This document shows, piece after piece, positions 52,726-62,919 of a stretch of 64,000 bases of DNA (its first letter is position 1; the number at the start of each line of letters is the position of its first letter). A model generated the notes under the pieces. The model did no database searches, was not told the origin of the DNA, and was given only the letters and a program-made list of their open reading frames with translations. The stretch comes from an uncultured bacterium (GTDB lineage Bacteria > Oederibacteriota > PGYV01 > CAWJRG01), in contig CAWJRG010000005.1 of NCBI GenBank assembly GCA_963845185.1, positions 288,001-352,000 of the forward strand, given 5' to 3'. A program made the position numbers and the translations under genes.

Positions 52726-55623
52726 TTACTGAAAAAGCATTTCTTCGGGTATTGGTGTTATTTTTTTGCCGTTAGGCATGATAATATATGACGTAGTATA
52801 CATGGAGTAGCGATATTGCTTCATTTTTATACTTATATTATGAAATCCTTTACTAAGGTATATTGTTTTAATTACCGGTATTTCCACATTAGCGATATTA
52901 TAAAGCGACTGGGATATTCCTTCTTTGGCTTGCACTGTAAAAACTTCTTTGCCGTCTATAAATATCTGCGTGTCCTGTCCGCCGCCCGTTATCCCGAACT
53001 CATATTCGCCTTCGTTGTCTGTTTTTATCCTGCCAGACCACTCGCATGCCATATAGTCGTCAAATCCATCCTTCCATTTCCTCCCCTCCATAGTTTCGGC
53101 AAGCCACCTGTCATAAATAGCGGATGTTATATCCTCCCTGATTAAAGAAGCACCTTCGCCTTTTGCGAACTGGCTGTATGTCCCTTTCAACCCGTTTTGC
53201 CTTATTTCTTTCACAAACCTGCCGTATTTTGCCGGTATAAAATTATCATTGCCCGACCCTTTGATATATACTTGCTCTTTCCCCGTTATTGAATCTGCCT
53301 TGATATCTATATTATATATGGAAGCGAAAAACTTTATTTCATCCGTTATGCCTCCTGTCAACCTGATTCTTTTTCCGTTGATTCTAAGCGAAGGATTGTT
53401 GAAATTTTCAAATTTTAATATATACGTGCCATTGTCAAATATCCTTATGCCTCCCCTAAAAGCGCCGGGTACATGGATATTCCTGCCCGACTGCGCGTCA
53501 AAATTAAATACTCCATCCTGTTGTTTTCCCGAGTTATCATAAAACCTCAACCCTGCCATTTCCCTTATGTCGCTTTCTGGTATTTTAAAAGTTATTACGT
53601 CGATATTCGTGTCATAATAATACGGGCAAAGAACATAAAAAAACATGTAATCCGACATTGTGGCGGTCCATTTGCGGCCTTTATAAATTGTCATTTCGGC
53701 ATTCGGAAACCTTTTTTTAAAGAAATCAAAAGCGTCCTTGTAAAAAGAATCCAAAATTAAAATTACGTCTTTTTGGCCGTAAGGAAACATCAAAAGGCTT
53801 TCAATTGAAAACTGCTGCTTTGCGAAAAGTTCAGGCTTTTTATTTCCATGAAAATAAATATTTTCTCCCATAAACGGTACACCGTGCCAGCCGCCGTAAA
53901 AATACTGGCTCGCGTATATATCGCATTTTTCACTGTTTGTTTTGTATATATTGTTGAATTTGTATTCGATCGGAGAATAGCCCATGCTGATGTCAGGGTC
54001 GTTTACCATTTTTGAAAAATAAGTATCTATGCCGGACACGCACGCTGCCAGTACCGCGAAGGCCATGATAACCTTTGCCGCCAGCTGTTTAAATCCTGCG
54101 CTTACATTCATAAGATAGTTTATTGCTATTGCCATTATTAAAAAGGCGTCGCCAAACACTATTATCCCCCTCTGTGTGCTTGGCGGTGACCAGTAATATG
54201 AAAAAATGCCTGGCAGTAAGCCTCCTATAAAAAGCAAAACCGCTATAAAAGATACCCTGCTTTTTATGCTGGATAAAGCTATGCCTGCTCCCAGCAGGAA
54301 AAAAGCTGTCTCGATATTTCCCAGCACTGGCTTGCCCGGATAATTCAGCCATGTGCTCTGGCTCCCTTTAATTGTCAGCATGCCAAGATATGCAGAAATG
54401 TTGCTGATTATTTCATTTGTATTCTTGGCGGCAATCGCGGATACGTATGAAAAATATCCATGCACATCCATTAATATGTATATAATGAGCGGTATCAGCG
54501 ATAAAATAAAGCATGTTATAAAAACCCATAAATCGCCTGTCATTTCTTTGGCTGTATCATACCTTTTCTCTTTTTTGGCGCGCAGCAGCTCATAGGCAAT
54601 ATATACGGCTAGCATTAAAACAAATATTTTATCTGCATTATAAAAATACAGCGACCATCCTGCTATTGCACCGGAAAAAGCTAGCGACAGCCGGCTCCGC
54701 TTTACAAAACCGTATATTGCCAGCCCTATACCCGCCCATACGAAAAAGTTTGTCAGCGGCACCAGCAGCATCCACCTGGATATATGAATGTAAACATGAT
54801 TGCACGCGAAAATGCAGGATGATAAAAAAGCTGTGTCTGTCTTGAAAAATAATCGCAAAAAAAGGTAAAAGGATATTATTGTAACAACGGCGCTGACAGC
54901 AGCCGGAACCCTTAATACTGCCGTATTTACTCCGAACAATTGGTAAAAAAAAGACAGGAAATATGACCCTACCAGATCCGTATTCCACGGGTTGTAACTG
55001 CCTGAATACAACAACGGTTTGTACGTGCCGTTTATTATGCTGAAAGCCTTATCAGAGAACAGCACCTCGTCGCTGGTTACCCCGGGGAATATGCGCCCTA
55101 TGGCGTAGAAACGTGTGAAAGCGGCAAGTCCTATAAGAAATATAAGTGCAATTATATCTAAAAATATTCCAGGGCTGCGTTTTGGCTCAACTATTCTTCC
55201 CCTGTTAAGCATTATTGCGCTAAACCCGGCGGCTATGATTATGAACTGCGCTATTAATGGCAGCTTGTCTAAATGATTATTAAAACCCACTGTTAAAAAA
55301 ATAATGCACGCGCATAAAACAAGGAAAATAATCGATTTAAAGTTCAGTTCAATGCTGTAGCCAGGTTCGACGGGCAGGGATTTGTCTGTGTTTTTATCTT
55401 TTGCCCCAGCAAAAATTCTCGTCACGAGCCATATTGAAAATATTAAAAGCAGGAAATAAAGCCAGACCAGTGAAGTAAATTGTATTATGACAACCTGTAT
55501 TATGACTGCGGCCGCAAGTGTCAGGATTGGCTTTTTAAGGATAGCGCCCTTTATGCCTGAAAAAAATTCAGTAATTGCCGCTGGTTTTTTGTTTTTACTA
55601 TTTTCCCTTCTTTTTTGTTTCAT
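52726..55623 (-). CDS. GT39/PMT_2-like GT-C glycosyltransferase with C-terminal PA14-like domain
   Basis: RFYAIGRIFPGVTSDE acidic loop, many TM helices, GLKGTY..EWSGRI..GEYEF..IFIDGK..L.KGFHNI. Confidence 0.78.
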   Translation of the reverse strand: MKQKRRENSKNKKPAAITEFFSGIKGAILKKPILTLAAAVIIQVVIIQFTSLVWLYFLLLIFSIWLVTRIFAGAKDKNTDKSLPVEPGYSIELNFKSIIFLVLCACIIFLTVGFNNHLDKLPLIAQFIIIAAGFSAIMLNRGRIVEPKRSPGIFLDIIALIFLIGLAAFTRFYAIGRIFPGVTSDEVLFSDKAFSIINGTYKPLLYSGSYNPWNTDLVGSYFLSFFYQLFGVNTAVLRVPAAVSAVVTIISFYLFLRLFFKTDTAFLSSCIFACNHVYIHISRWMLLVPLTNFFVWAGIGLAIYGFVKRSRLSLAFSGAIAGWSLYFYNADKIFVLMLAVYIAYELLRAKKEKRYDTAKEMTGDLWVFITCFILSLIPLIIYILMDVHGYFSYVSAIAAKNTNEIISNISAYLGMLTIKGSQSTWLNYPGKPVLGNIETAFFLLGAGIALSSIKSRVSFIAVLLFIGGLLPGIFSYYWSPPSTQRGIIVFGDAFLIMAIAINYLMNVSAGFKQLAAKVIMAFAVLAACVSGIDTYFSKMVNDPDISMGYSPIEYKFNNIYKTNSEKCDIYASQYFYGGWHGVPFMGENIYFHGNKKPELFAKQQFSIESLLMFPYGQKDVILILDSFYKDAFDFFKKRFPNAEMTIYKGRKWTATMSDYMFFYVLCPYYYDTNIDVITFKIPESDIREMAGLRFYDNSGKQQDGVFNFDAQSGRNIHVPGAFRGGIRIFDNGTYILKFENFNNPSLRINGKRIRLTGGITDEIKFFASIYNIDIKADSITGKEQVYIKGSGNDNFIPAKYGRFVKEIRQNGLKGTYSQFAKGEGASLIREDITSAIYDRWLAETMEGRKWKDGFDDYMACEWSGRIKTDNEGEYEFGITGGGQDTQIFIDGKEVFTVQAKEGISQSLYNIANVEIPVIKTIYLSKGFHNISIKMKQYRYSMYTTSYIIMPNGKKITPIPEEMLFQ

Positions 55624-55631
55624 TAAATATT

Positions 55632-55660
55632 ATTATATCCCCCTGTGCCATGCCAGTCAA
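55632..55660 (-). promoter_or_regulatory. Sigma70 promoter 8 nt before the ATG (leaderless-type)
   Basis: TTGACT-N17-TATAAT-N8-ATG, no SD. Confidence 0.65.
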
Positions 55661-55700
55661 TTTATTTTTGTAACGGAGCTTTCCCTTTTATATTGAGAAA

Positions 55701-58586
55701 TTACTGATAAAGCATTTCTTCCGGTATTGGGGTTATTCTTTTGCCGTCAGGCATAATAATATATGATGCCATATACAGGGCAATCGTATGTTGATTTACT
55801 CTTATCCTGATATTATGGAAGCCTTTTTTTAGGAGTATTTTTTTGCCCTCAGGTTCTTGCACGTTTGGTTTGTACCAGCCCTGCAATGAATCGTCTATAA
55901 AATATGTTGAATATACCTGCTTGCCGTCTATAAATATCTGCGCGTCCTGCCCCCCGCCTGTTATTCCGAATTTATATTCGCCTTCCTTGTTTGTTTTTAT
56001 CCTGCCCGACCATTCGCATATAAGATAGGTCTCAAATCCTTGTCCCCACTTTCTTCCTTCCATATCTTCGAGAAGCCACCTGTCATAAATAGTGGATGTT
56101 ATGTCCTCCCTGATTATAGGCGCGCCTTCGCCTTTGACATACTGGCTGTATATCCCTTTCAGCCCGTTTTGCCTTATTTCTTTTACAAACCTGCCGTATT
56201 GCACTGGTATAAAATCATCATTGCCCGGACCTTTGATATATATTTTCTCTTTCCCCGTTACAGAATCTGCCTTGATATCTATATTATATATGGAAGCGTA
56301 AAGTTTTATTTCATCCGATATACCTCCTATCAACCTGATTCTTTTTCCGTTGATTTTAAGCGAAGGGTTCCTGAAATTTTCAAACTTAAAAATATAAGTA
56401 CCGTTTTCAAATATCCTTATGCCTCCCCTAAAAGCCCCGGCTACCGGTATATTCCTGCCGGATTGCGCGTCAAAATCAAACATGCCATCCTGCTGTTTCC
56501 CCGAATTATCATAAAACCTCAACCCTGCCATTTCCCTTATATCGCTTTCAGGTACCTTGTAAGTTATTATGTCAATACCAGTATCATAATAATACGGGCA
56601 AAGGATCCACATTACCATATTTTCCGACACTTCGTTAGTCTGCCATTTACGTCCGTTATAAATTGTCATTTCAGCGTTTGGGAATCTCTTTTTAAAAAAA
56701 CTAAAAGCGTCTTTATAAAAAGAATCCAGTATTAAAATCACATCTTTTTGGCCGTAAGGGAACATTAAAAGGCTCTCAATTGGAAACTGCTGCTTCGCAA
56801 AAAATTCCGGCTTTTTACGTTTATAAAAATAAATACTCCCTCCCATAAAAGGCACGCCTCGCCAGCCACCCTCAAAATATTTGCTCAAGTACATGTCGTA
56901 CTTATCACTGTTTTCCCTGCATATGCCGTTGATTTTATATTCAATCGGTGAAAAACCAAGGCTGATATCAGGGTCATTTGCCATTTTTGAAAAATAAGTG
57001 TCTATACCCGACATGCAGGCTGCCAGTACCGCAAAAGCCATAATAACCTTTGCCGCCAGTTGTTTAAAGCCTGTGCCTATATTCATAAGAAAATTTATTG
57101 CTATCGTTATTACTAAAAAAGCCGCGCTCAGAGCTATTATTGCCCTCTGGGTGCTTGGAGGTAGCCCATAATGTGAAAAAATTCCGGGCAGTAGTCCGCC
57201 TAAAAAAAGCAAAACTGCTATAAAAGATACCCTGCTTTTAACAGTGGCTAGCGCTATGCCTGCTCCCAGCAGGAAAAAAGCTGATTCAATATTGCTAAAC
57301 ACGGGCCTGTCTGGATAATTTAACCATGTGCTTTGTGTGCCTTTAACCGTCAGCATGCCAAGGTATGACCCGATATTTTTAATTATTTCCGCCGTGCCGT
57401 TGGCGGTAATGGCCGCTACGTATGAAAAATATGCGCGGGTATTGGTTATCACGTACATTATGAGCGGGATCAGGGCTAAGACAAAACAGATTAAAAAAAC
57501 CGATAAATAAGAAGATATCTCTCTTGCCGAGTCATACCTCTTCTCTTTTTTGGCGCGCAGCAGCTCATATACAATATATACGGCCAGCAGCAAGACAAAA
57601 ATTTTATTGGCATTATAAAAATACAGCGACCATCCTGCAACTGCCCCGGCAAAAGCAAGCGACAGCCGGCTGCGCTTTACAAACCCATATACTGCCAGGC
57701 CGAAACCCGCCCAAATAAAAAATGGTGTCAGGGTTTGTATATGCATCCACCGGGATATATGGAGGTAAACGTGGTTGCTGGCAAAAATAGCAGACGAAAA
57801 GAATGCGGTTTCCGTCTTAAAAAACAAACGCAAAAAAAGATAAAAAGACGCCACCGAGAGTATCGAGAATAACGCGGTCGGAACTCTCAGAATTGCCGTA
57901 TTTACCCCGAAGAACCGGTAAAAAACCGAAAGCACATAGTAACCGGCGCTGGCAGCCTGGTCAGTGCCGCCGACGAACACAGACGGTTTGAATATGCCGT
58001 TTACTATATTAAGGGCTGTTTCCGAAAGCAGCACCTCGTCGCTGTTCACCCCGGGGAATATGCGCCCTATTGCGTAAAAACGGCTGAAAGCCGTAAGCCC
58101 GATAAGAATTACAAGTGCTGTTATGTCCAAAAATATGCCGGGGTATCTTTTAGGCTCAATGATTCTTTCCCTGTCAAGCAGGATTGCTATGAATCCGGCC
58201 GCAATGATTATAAACTGCATTATTACAGGAAATTTATCCAGCCGTTTATTAAAAATCACTGCGGAAAAAATAATATAAGCGCATAACACAAGAAAAATAA
58301 CCGATTTGAGGTTAAATTCAATTCCCCTGTCGGGTTCGACAGGTAGGGATTTGTCTGTATTTTTATCTTTTGCCCCAGCAAAAATTTTCGGAACGAACCA
58401 TATTGAAAATACCAACAGCAGTAAATACAACCAGAACAATATGGCTGTTTGTATCAAAACAACCTGTATGATAACTGCTGTTACAAGTATCAGGAGTGGT
58501 TTTACAGGAATGGCGCCTGAAAAATATTTCGGAATCGTCTCATCTGTTTGTGTATTTTTGAGGTTTTTACTTTTTTTTTGTTCCAT
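55701..58586 (-). CDS. GT39/PMT_2-like GT-C glycosyltransferase with PA14-like domain, tandem paralog
   Basis: Colinear and highly similar to 52726..55623 (GVNSDE). Confidence 0.78.
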   Translation of the reverse strand: MEQKKSKNLKNTQTDETIPKYFSGAIPVKPLLILVTAVIIQVVLIQTAILFWLYLLLLVFSIWFVPKIFAGAKDKNTDKSLPVEPDRGIEFNLKSVIFLVLCAYIIFSAVIFNKRLDKFPVIMQFIIIAAGFIAILLDRERIIEPKRYPGIFLDITALVILIGLTAFSRFYAIGRIFPGVNSDEVLLSETALNIVNGIFKPSVFVGGTDQAASAGYYVLSVFYRFFGVNTAILRVPTALFSILSVASFYLFLRLFFKTETAFFSSAIFASNHVYLHISRWMHIQTLTPFFIWAGFGLAVYGFVKRSRLSLAFAGAVAGWSLYFYNANKIFVLLLAVYIVYELLRAKKEKRYDSAREISSYLSVFLICFVLALIPLIMYVITNTRAYFSYVAAITANGTAEIIKNIGSYLGMLTVKGTQSTWLNYPDRPVFSNIESAFFLLGAGIALATVKSRVSFIAVLLFLGGLLPGIFSHYGLPPSTQRAIIALSAAFLVITIAINFLMNIGTGFKQLAAKVIMAFAVLAACMSGIDTYFSKMANDPDISLGFSPIEYKINGICRENSDKYDMYLSKYFEGGWRGVPFMGGSIYFYKRKKPEFFAKQQFPIESLLMFPYGQKDVILILDSFYKDAFSFFKKRFPNAEMTIYNGRKWQTNEVSENMVMWILCPYYYDTGIDIITYKVPESDIREMAGLRFYDNSGKQQDGMFDFDAQSGRNIPVAGAFRGGIRIFENGTYIFKFENFRNPSLKINGKRIRLIGGISDEIKLYASIYNIDIKADSVTGKEKIYIKGPGNDDFIPVQYGRFVKEIRQNGLKGIYSQYVKGEGAPIIREDITSTIYDRWLLEDMEGRKWGQGFETYLICEWSGRIKTNKEGEYKFGITGGGQDAQIFIDGKQVYSTYFIDDSLQGWYKPNVQEPEGKKILLKKGFHNIRIRVNQHTIALYMASYIIMPDGKRITPIPEEMLYQ

Positions 58587-58594
58587 TAAATCTT

Positions 58595-58623
58595 ATTATA
58601 TAACCCTGCGTTATGCCCGTCAA
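58595..58623 (-). promoter_or_regulatory. Sigma70 promoter 8 nt before the ATG (leaderless-type)
   Basis: TTGACG-N17-TATAAT-N8-ATG, no SD. Confidence 0.65.
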
Positions 58624-58790
58624 TTTATTTTTATAAATAATATAATTCCATACATCTTCAAAGTATGTAAACCCAGAAAATTTAGAATCAACCGTGTGCA
58701 TTTTTTATCATTAATTTCTGCCGTTTTTATATTGCTCTATTTTCGATTTTCCGTTCTCGATTATCGGATTTTTGCCTGCGGCAAAAATCA

Positions 58791-58865
58791 TGGCGCGCCT
58801 GGAGGGAATCGAACCCTCGCACATGGCTTCGGAGGCCAATGCTCTATCCGCTGAGCTACAGGCGC
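58791..58865 (-). tRNA. tRNA-Arg (anticodon CCG)
   Basis: GCGCCTG/CAGGCGC acceptor stem, CT-CCG-AA loop, CCA. Confidence 0.92.
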
Positions 58866-58884
58866 GCATTTTTTTCTGAAATTA

Positions 58885-59022
58885 TGGCGCGTTCACCTAG
58901 GAATTGGCTGCTTCGCGGCTACCCGCCGCTGCGCTGCTCCTCCTCGTCCGCCTTTCGCTCGTTCCTGCTCGCTCATCACCCATTTAGGGTACGGCGGACT
59001 CGTTTCAATTCCTGACTGCCGC
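58885..59022 (-). repeat. tRNA-linked repeat, copy 3
   Basis: CAGGAATTGAA (inverted T-arm of tRNA-Arg ACG), core ending GCGGGTAGCCGCGAAGCAGCC, then AATTCCTAGGTGAACGCGCCA. Confidence 0.65.
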
Positions 59023-59065
59023 TTAATGATTTTCTTTATTGCCTTCTTTACTTATATTAAAGTAT

Positions 59066-59141
59066 TGGCGCGCTCGGCAGGAATTGAACCTGCGACACCT
59101 TGATTCGTAGTCAAGTGCTCTATCCGCTGAGCTACGAGCGC
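59066..59141 (-). tRNA. tRNA-Arg (anticodon ACG)
   Basis: GCGCTCG/CGAGCGC acceptor stem, CTTGA-CT-ACG-AA-TCAAG, CCA. Confidence 0.95.
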
Positions 59142-59208
59142 GCGTTTTGATTTTTGATTTATGTTTCCCCCGTATTATACAGCAGTTCCATAGCCTTTCA
59201 ACAATATT

Positions 59209-60771
59209 TTAGGCTTTTTTCCGGCTTTTAAGATTTGATTTATTGCCAATTTTCAAAATGCCTTTTATCAGATCCATGTCATATTCGTCAAAATGCCTGA
59301 AAACAAATACGGATAAAACAATGAACGCAATGCTGAAAATAATTACTTCAATAAGGAAAAAAATCCAGTTCATTCTGACAGATATAAACTTATTTACTAA
59401 ATAATAAGCAGCATATGATATTAATATGGAAAGTGCCGGTTTAAAAAACACGCGAGCAAAATTTAACCTGTATTTCAAAAGTTTGTAAAACAGAATATAC
59501 ATTGCGGTTGCGCTCGCGAACATTGATATTGCAGTGCCTGTCAAAGCGCCGGACAGCCCGAACTTTCTCGCGAGTATTATGCTTAAAATGATATTCATGG
59601 CAGCGCCCAAAAGCGAAATTATCATCGGCCCGTTCACTCTTTCGAGGCCGTTCAGCAGGTTTATTGCTGAATAACCAAGCAGGTTGTAAGTGTACGCGCC
59701 TGCCAGGAAAACCATGACAACATACACACTTTCATACCCCGGGCCAAGCCACAAATTCACAAAATCATTTCCGAATATTATTATTCCCGCGCACATGAAT
59801 AAAGCCGCAAAAAACATGTATTTGTTGGCTTTTTCATAAAGTATTTCCATTTTATGCATCTGGTCTTTGGCCCTTAACTCGGACGCGGCCGGTAACAGAG
59901 AGGTAAGCCCCAGCATATCCGGCAGCGTGGATATGTATTTTGCCATATTCGAGCCTATCTGGTAAAAACCGGCAACTACAGGGTTTAAAAAATACCCGAG
60001 CACCAGCTTGTCCACATTATAATTTACAGTCCCGGCAATTCGCGTAACAAGCATTTTAAGGCTCAATGAAAGCATTTCTTTCAGCCTTTTAAAGCTGAAC
60101 AGCACTGGGTTAAATGACAATCTGAGGAAAACTATCCTGGTAAAAACAAGTATTAATATTGTTTCCGCTATTATAGAAAGCATCTGTACAATGGTTATGC
60201 CTTTTATTCCGAATCCGGCATAAAGCACCACGATAAAAAGTATAAACCTTGCTGTGCCTATTATTATATGAAGGATATTATAGATATAATATATATTGAA
60301 CCCGCTTAATAAGTATCCGAAACTTAGCAGAATAAAATTCACGATAAAAATATAAAAACTGAAGCCCAGCACAAACCTGGCTTTTTCAAGCAGCGGCTGG
60401 TCTACTTTAAAAAAAAGTTTTATCAGCTGGTTTTCCGAAACCATGAATAAACCCGTGAAAACCAGCGCAATAACAAAATAAAAAACAAAAAGCGTGTTAA
60501 GTATTTCATTTATTTTACCGGATTCTTTTTCAGGGTCGTATTTTGGTACAAAAACCGCGACCGCCGAAGGCGTCTGCAGGCTTAAGAATTCCATAAAAGC
60601 AAGTATGGTCCATGTAAGCGTCCATATTCCGAATGTTTCCTTGCCGACAAATTTTAGAATCAAGGGGGTTATGATAAAATTTATGGGTATCAAAATGCAG
60701 AAATAAATTATGTTTGTTATTGAATTCTTCTTGAGCCTGCTCTTGAGCGGTTCGTCAAGGTATTTGTTCAA
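59209..60771 (-). CDS. Wzx-like oligosaccharide flippase (MOP superfamily)
   Basis: About 14 TM helices; KNSITN..TPLI...GKETFGIW, DKLVLG, WLGPGY. Confidence 0.8.
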   Translation of the reverse strand: MNKYLDEPLKSRLKKNSITNIIYFCILIPINFIITPLILKFVGKETFGIWTLTWTILAFMEFLSLQTPSAVAVFVPKYDPEKESGKINEILNTLFVFYFVIALVFTGLFMVSENQLIKLFFKVDQPLLEKARFVLGFSFYIFIVNFILLSFGYLLSGFNIYYIYNILHIIIGTARFILFIVVLYAGFGIKGITIVQMLSIIAETILILVFTRIVFLRLSFNPVLFSFKRLKEMLSLSLKMLVTRIAGTVNYNVDKLVLGYFLNPVVAGFYQIGSNMAKYISTLPDMLGLTSLLPAASELRAKDQMHKMEILYEKANKYMFFAALFMCAGIIIFGNDFVNLWLGPGYESVYVVMVFLAGAYTYNLLGYSAINLLNGLERVNGPMIISLLGAAMNIILSIILARKFGLSGALTGTAISMFASATAMYILFYKLLKYRLNFARVFFKPALSILISYAAYYLVNKFISVRMNWIFFLIEVIIFSIAFIVLSVFVFRHFDEYDMDLIKGILKIGNKSNLKSRKKA

Positions 60772-60820
60772 TTTTGCTCCGTTTATTTTATATTTTTATG
60801 CAGCCAATATCCAGTTGAAT

Positions 60821-62062
60821 TTATTCAGAAAGTATTTTAAAAAGGCAAAACAGCGCGGTTTGCGCCGCCCTTGTCCTTATTACTTCCCTGCTGCCGCCGA
60901 ACATATTCTTAAATGTCTTTGTTTCCCCTTTATAATCTATGGCAATATAAACAAGCCCAACCGGTTTTTCCTTGCTCCCGCCGCTTGGGCCTGCTATTCC
61001 TGTTATTGATATAGCAATGTCTGTCCTGAATTTTTCTGCGCATGCCTTTGCCATTCCTATTGCGCTTTCCTCGCTCACGGCCCCGAATCTAGTGATCACT
61101 TCTTCTTTCACGCCGAGCACGCCTGTCTTTATATCGTTTGAATATGAACTCAGTCCGCCTGCAAAATATTCTGAGCTGCCCGGAATGCTTGTAAGCCTGA
61201 AAGAAAGCAGGCCCGCGGTGCAGGACTCTGCCGTTGAAATTGTAAGCTTTTTCTCCTTCAGAAGCGCTGCCACTTTGGATTCAAGTGTTTCATCGTCCGA
61301 ACCGTAAATGTTTCCGCCCACGCGCGCATAAATTTCACTCGCCAGTTTGTCAATCATGCAGCCGGCTTTTTCCTCATCTTCGGCTTTCGCTGTCAGCCTT
61401 ATGTCTATTTCCGTTTGATGCGCGAGCAGGGCGATTGTGGGGTTCCTTGATTCTTTGAATATATCCTCTATTTTCTCATTCACGAGCGATTCAGGCATGC
61501 CCACAACTTTAAACACTTTTGATTTTATCACCATGTGCTTCCCGCCCATTTTTCCTATCAAATACGGTATCAGGGTATTTTCCATCATGGGGTGCATTTC
61601 GTCGGGAACGCCGGGCATTGCAGCTATTATTTTCGAATTGTGTTCAATGATAAACCCAGGCGCTGTGCCGACTTTATTTTCAATGACAAGCGCGCCGTCA
61701 GGGATATATGCCTGCACTTTGTTGTTTTCAGGCATTTTTATATTGCGCATTGCAAAATAATTTTCAATTTTTAAAATTGTGGCTTTATCTATTATCAGTT
61801 TTTTCCCCGTAAGCTGCGCTATAGCGTCCCTTGTGACATCGTCAACTGTAGGCCCGAGCCCGCCTGTCATTATGACCGCATCGCACCTGTCAAGCGCGAT
61901 GGCAATCGCTTGTTTTACCCGCTCGACGTTGTCGCCTACTGCGGTTTTATAATAAAGGTTTATGCCGGCTTCAGCCAGCTTTTTTCCTATAAAAATCGAG
62001 TTGGTGTCTGTTATCTGGCCAAGCAGCAGCTCTGTTCCTGTCGTTATTACTTCCGCGTTCAC
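60821..62062 (-). CDS. cinA: Competence/damage-inducible protein A (MoCF-like plus PncC domains)
   Basis: GTELLLGQITDTN, GGLGPTVDD, TAESCTAG, GAVS, ITGIAGP. Confidence 0.93.
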   Translation of the reverse strand: MNAEVITTGTELLLGQITDTNSIFIGKKLAEAGINLYYKTAVGDNVERVKQAIAIALDRCDAVIMTGGLGPTVDDVTRDAIAQLTGKKLIIDKATILKIENYFAMRNIKMPENNKVQAYIPDGALVIENKVGTAPGFIIEHNSKIIAAMPGVPDEMHPMMENTLIPYLIGKMGGKHMVIKSKVFKVVGMPESLVNEKIEDIFKESRNPTIALLAHQTEIDIRLTAKAEDEEKAGCMIDKLASEIYARVGGNIYGSDDETLESKVAALLKEKKLTISTAESCTAGLLSFRLTSIPGSSEYFAGGLSSYSNDIKTGVLGVKEEVITRFGAVSEESAIGMAKACAEKFRTDIAISITGIAGPSGGSKEKPVGLVYIAIDYKGETKTFKNMFGGSREVIRTRAAQTALFCLFKILSE

Positions 62063-62916
62063 TTGAGCGATTCTTTCGCCTTTGCTACTATAGGTTCGAT
62101 TAAGTTCATGAACTCAAGCGGTATTACGAATTTCGTCGAGTTGTTCGCGCCAAGCGCCTTTAATGACTCGAAATACTGTATAAGCATGGTTTTTGAGTCG
62201 ATATTTTTCGCTGCGGAAAATATCTGAGCAAGCGCCTGCGAGTAACCCTCTGCCCTTAAAATCTGCGACTGCCTGTCGCCCTCGGCTTTCAATATCTGTG
62301 CCTGCTTGTCGCCCTCGGCAACAGTTATCGCTGCCACCTTTTTTCCTTCTGCTTCTATAACAAGCGCCCTTCTTGTCCTTTCGGCAGACATCTGCCTGTT
62401 CATGGCTTCCTGTATTTCCCTTGGCGGTGTTATTTCCCTTATTTCCACCGACGTCACTTTAACGCCCCACCTTTCGGTTACCTCGTCGAGCTTTGTCCTT
62501 AAAAGCGTGTTTATCTGTTCTCTTTTCGCTAGCACTTCGTCAAGGTTTATATCGCCGACTATCGCCCTCAATGTCGTAGTCGCTATGCCCTGCGATGCGC
62601 CAGCAAAATTCTGCACCTGCACAACGCTTTTTACCGGTTCGGTCACCTTCCAGTAAATCAGGAAATCAATGGAGATTGGCGCATTGTCTTTTGTGATGCA
62701 AGTCTGCTGCGGTATTTCAAGAAACAATTCCCTTAAATCAACCCATACTGGCCTGTCCACACCGAAAGGTATTAAAAGCACAAGGCCCGGGCCTTTATCG
62801 CCTATGCACCTTCCAAGCCTGAAAATAACAATCCTGTTATACTCCGGCACGATTTTAATCAGCGTAGGGAGCATAATAACCACCACTACAACTACTGCGA
62901 TGATAATTGCCATCAT
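62059..62916 (-). CDS. SPFH/stomatin-like protein
   Basis: FRLGR..GPGL, ITKDN, RQMSAER.RRA. Confidence 0.92.
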   Translation of the reverse strand: MMAIIIAVVVVVVIMLPTLIKIVPEYNRIVIFRLGRCIGDKGPGLVLLIPFGVDRPVWVDLRELFLEIPQQTCITKDNAPISIDFLIYWKVTEPVKSVVQVQNFAGASQGIATTTLRAIVGDINLDEVLAKREQINTLLRTKLDEVTERWGVKVTSVEIREITPPREIQEAMNRQMSAERTRRALVIEAEGKKVAAITVAEGDKQAQILKAEGDRQSQILRAEGYSQALAQIFSAAKNIDSKTMLIQYFESLKALGANNSTKFVIPLEFMNLIEPIVAKAKESLK

Positions 62917-62919
62917 TTT

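Noticed and set aside
47077..59141. tadA lies about 12 kb from its substrate tRNA-Arg(ACG)
   Set aside because: The genes are not adjacent or co-transcribed, so this is probably coincidence.
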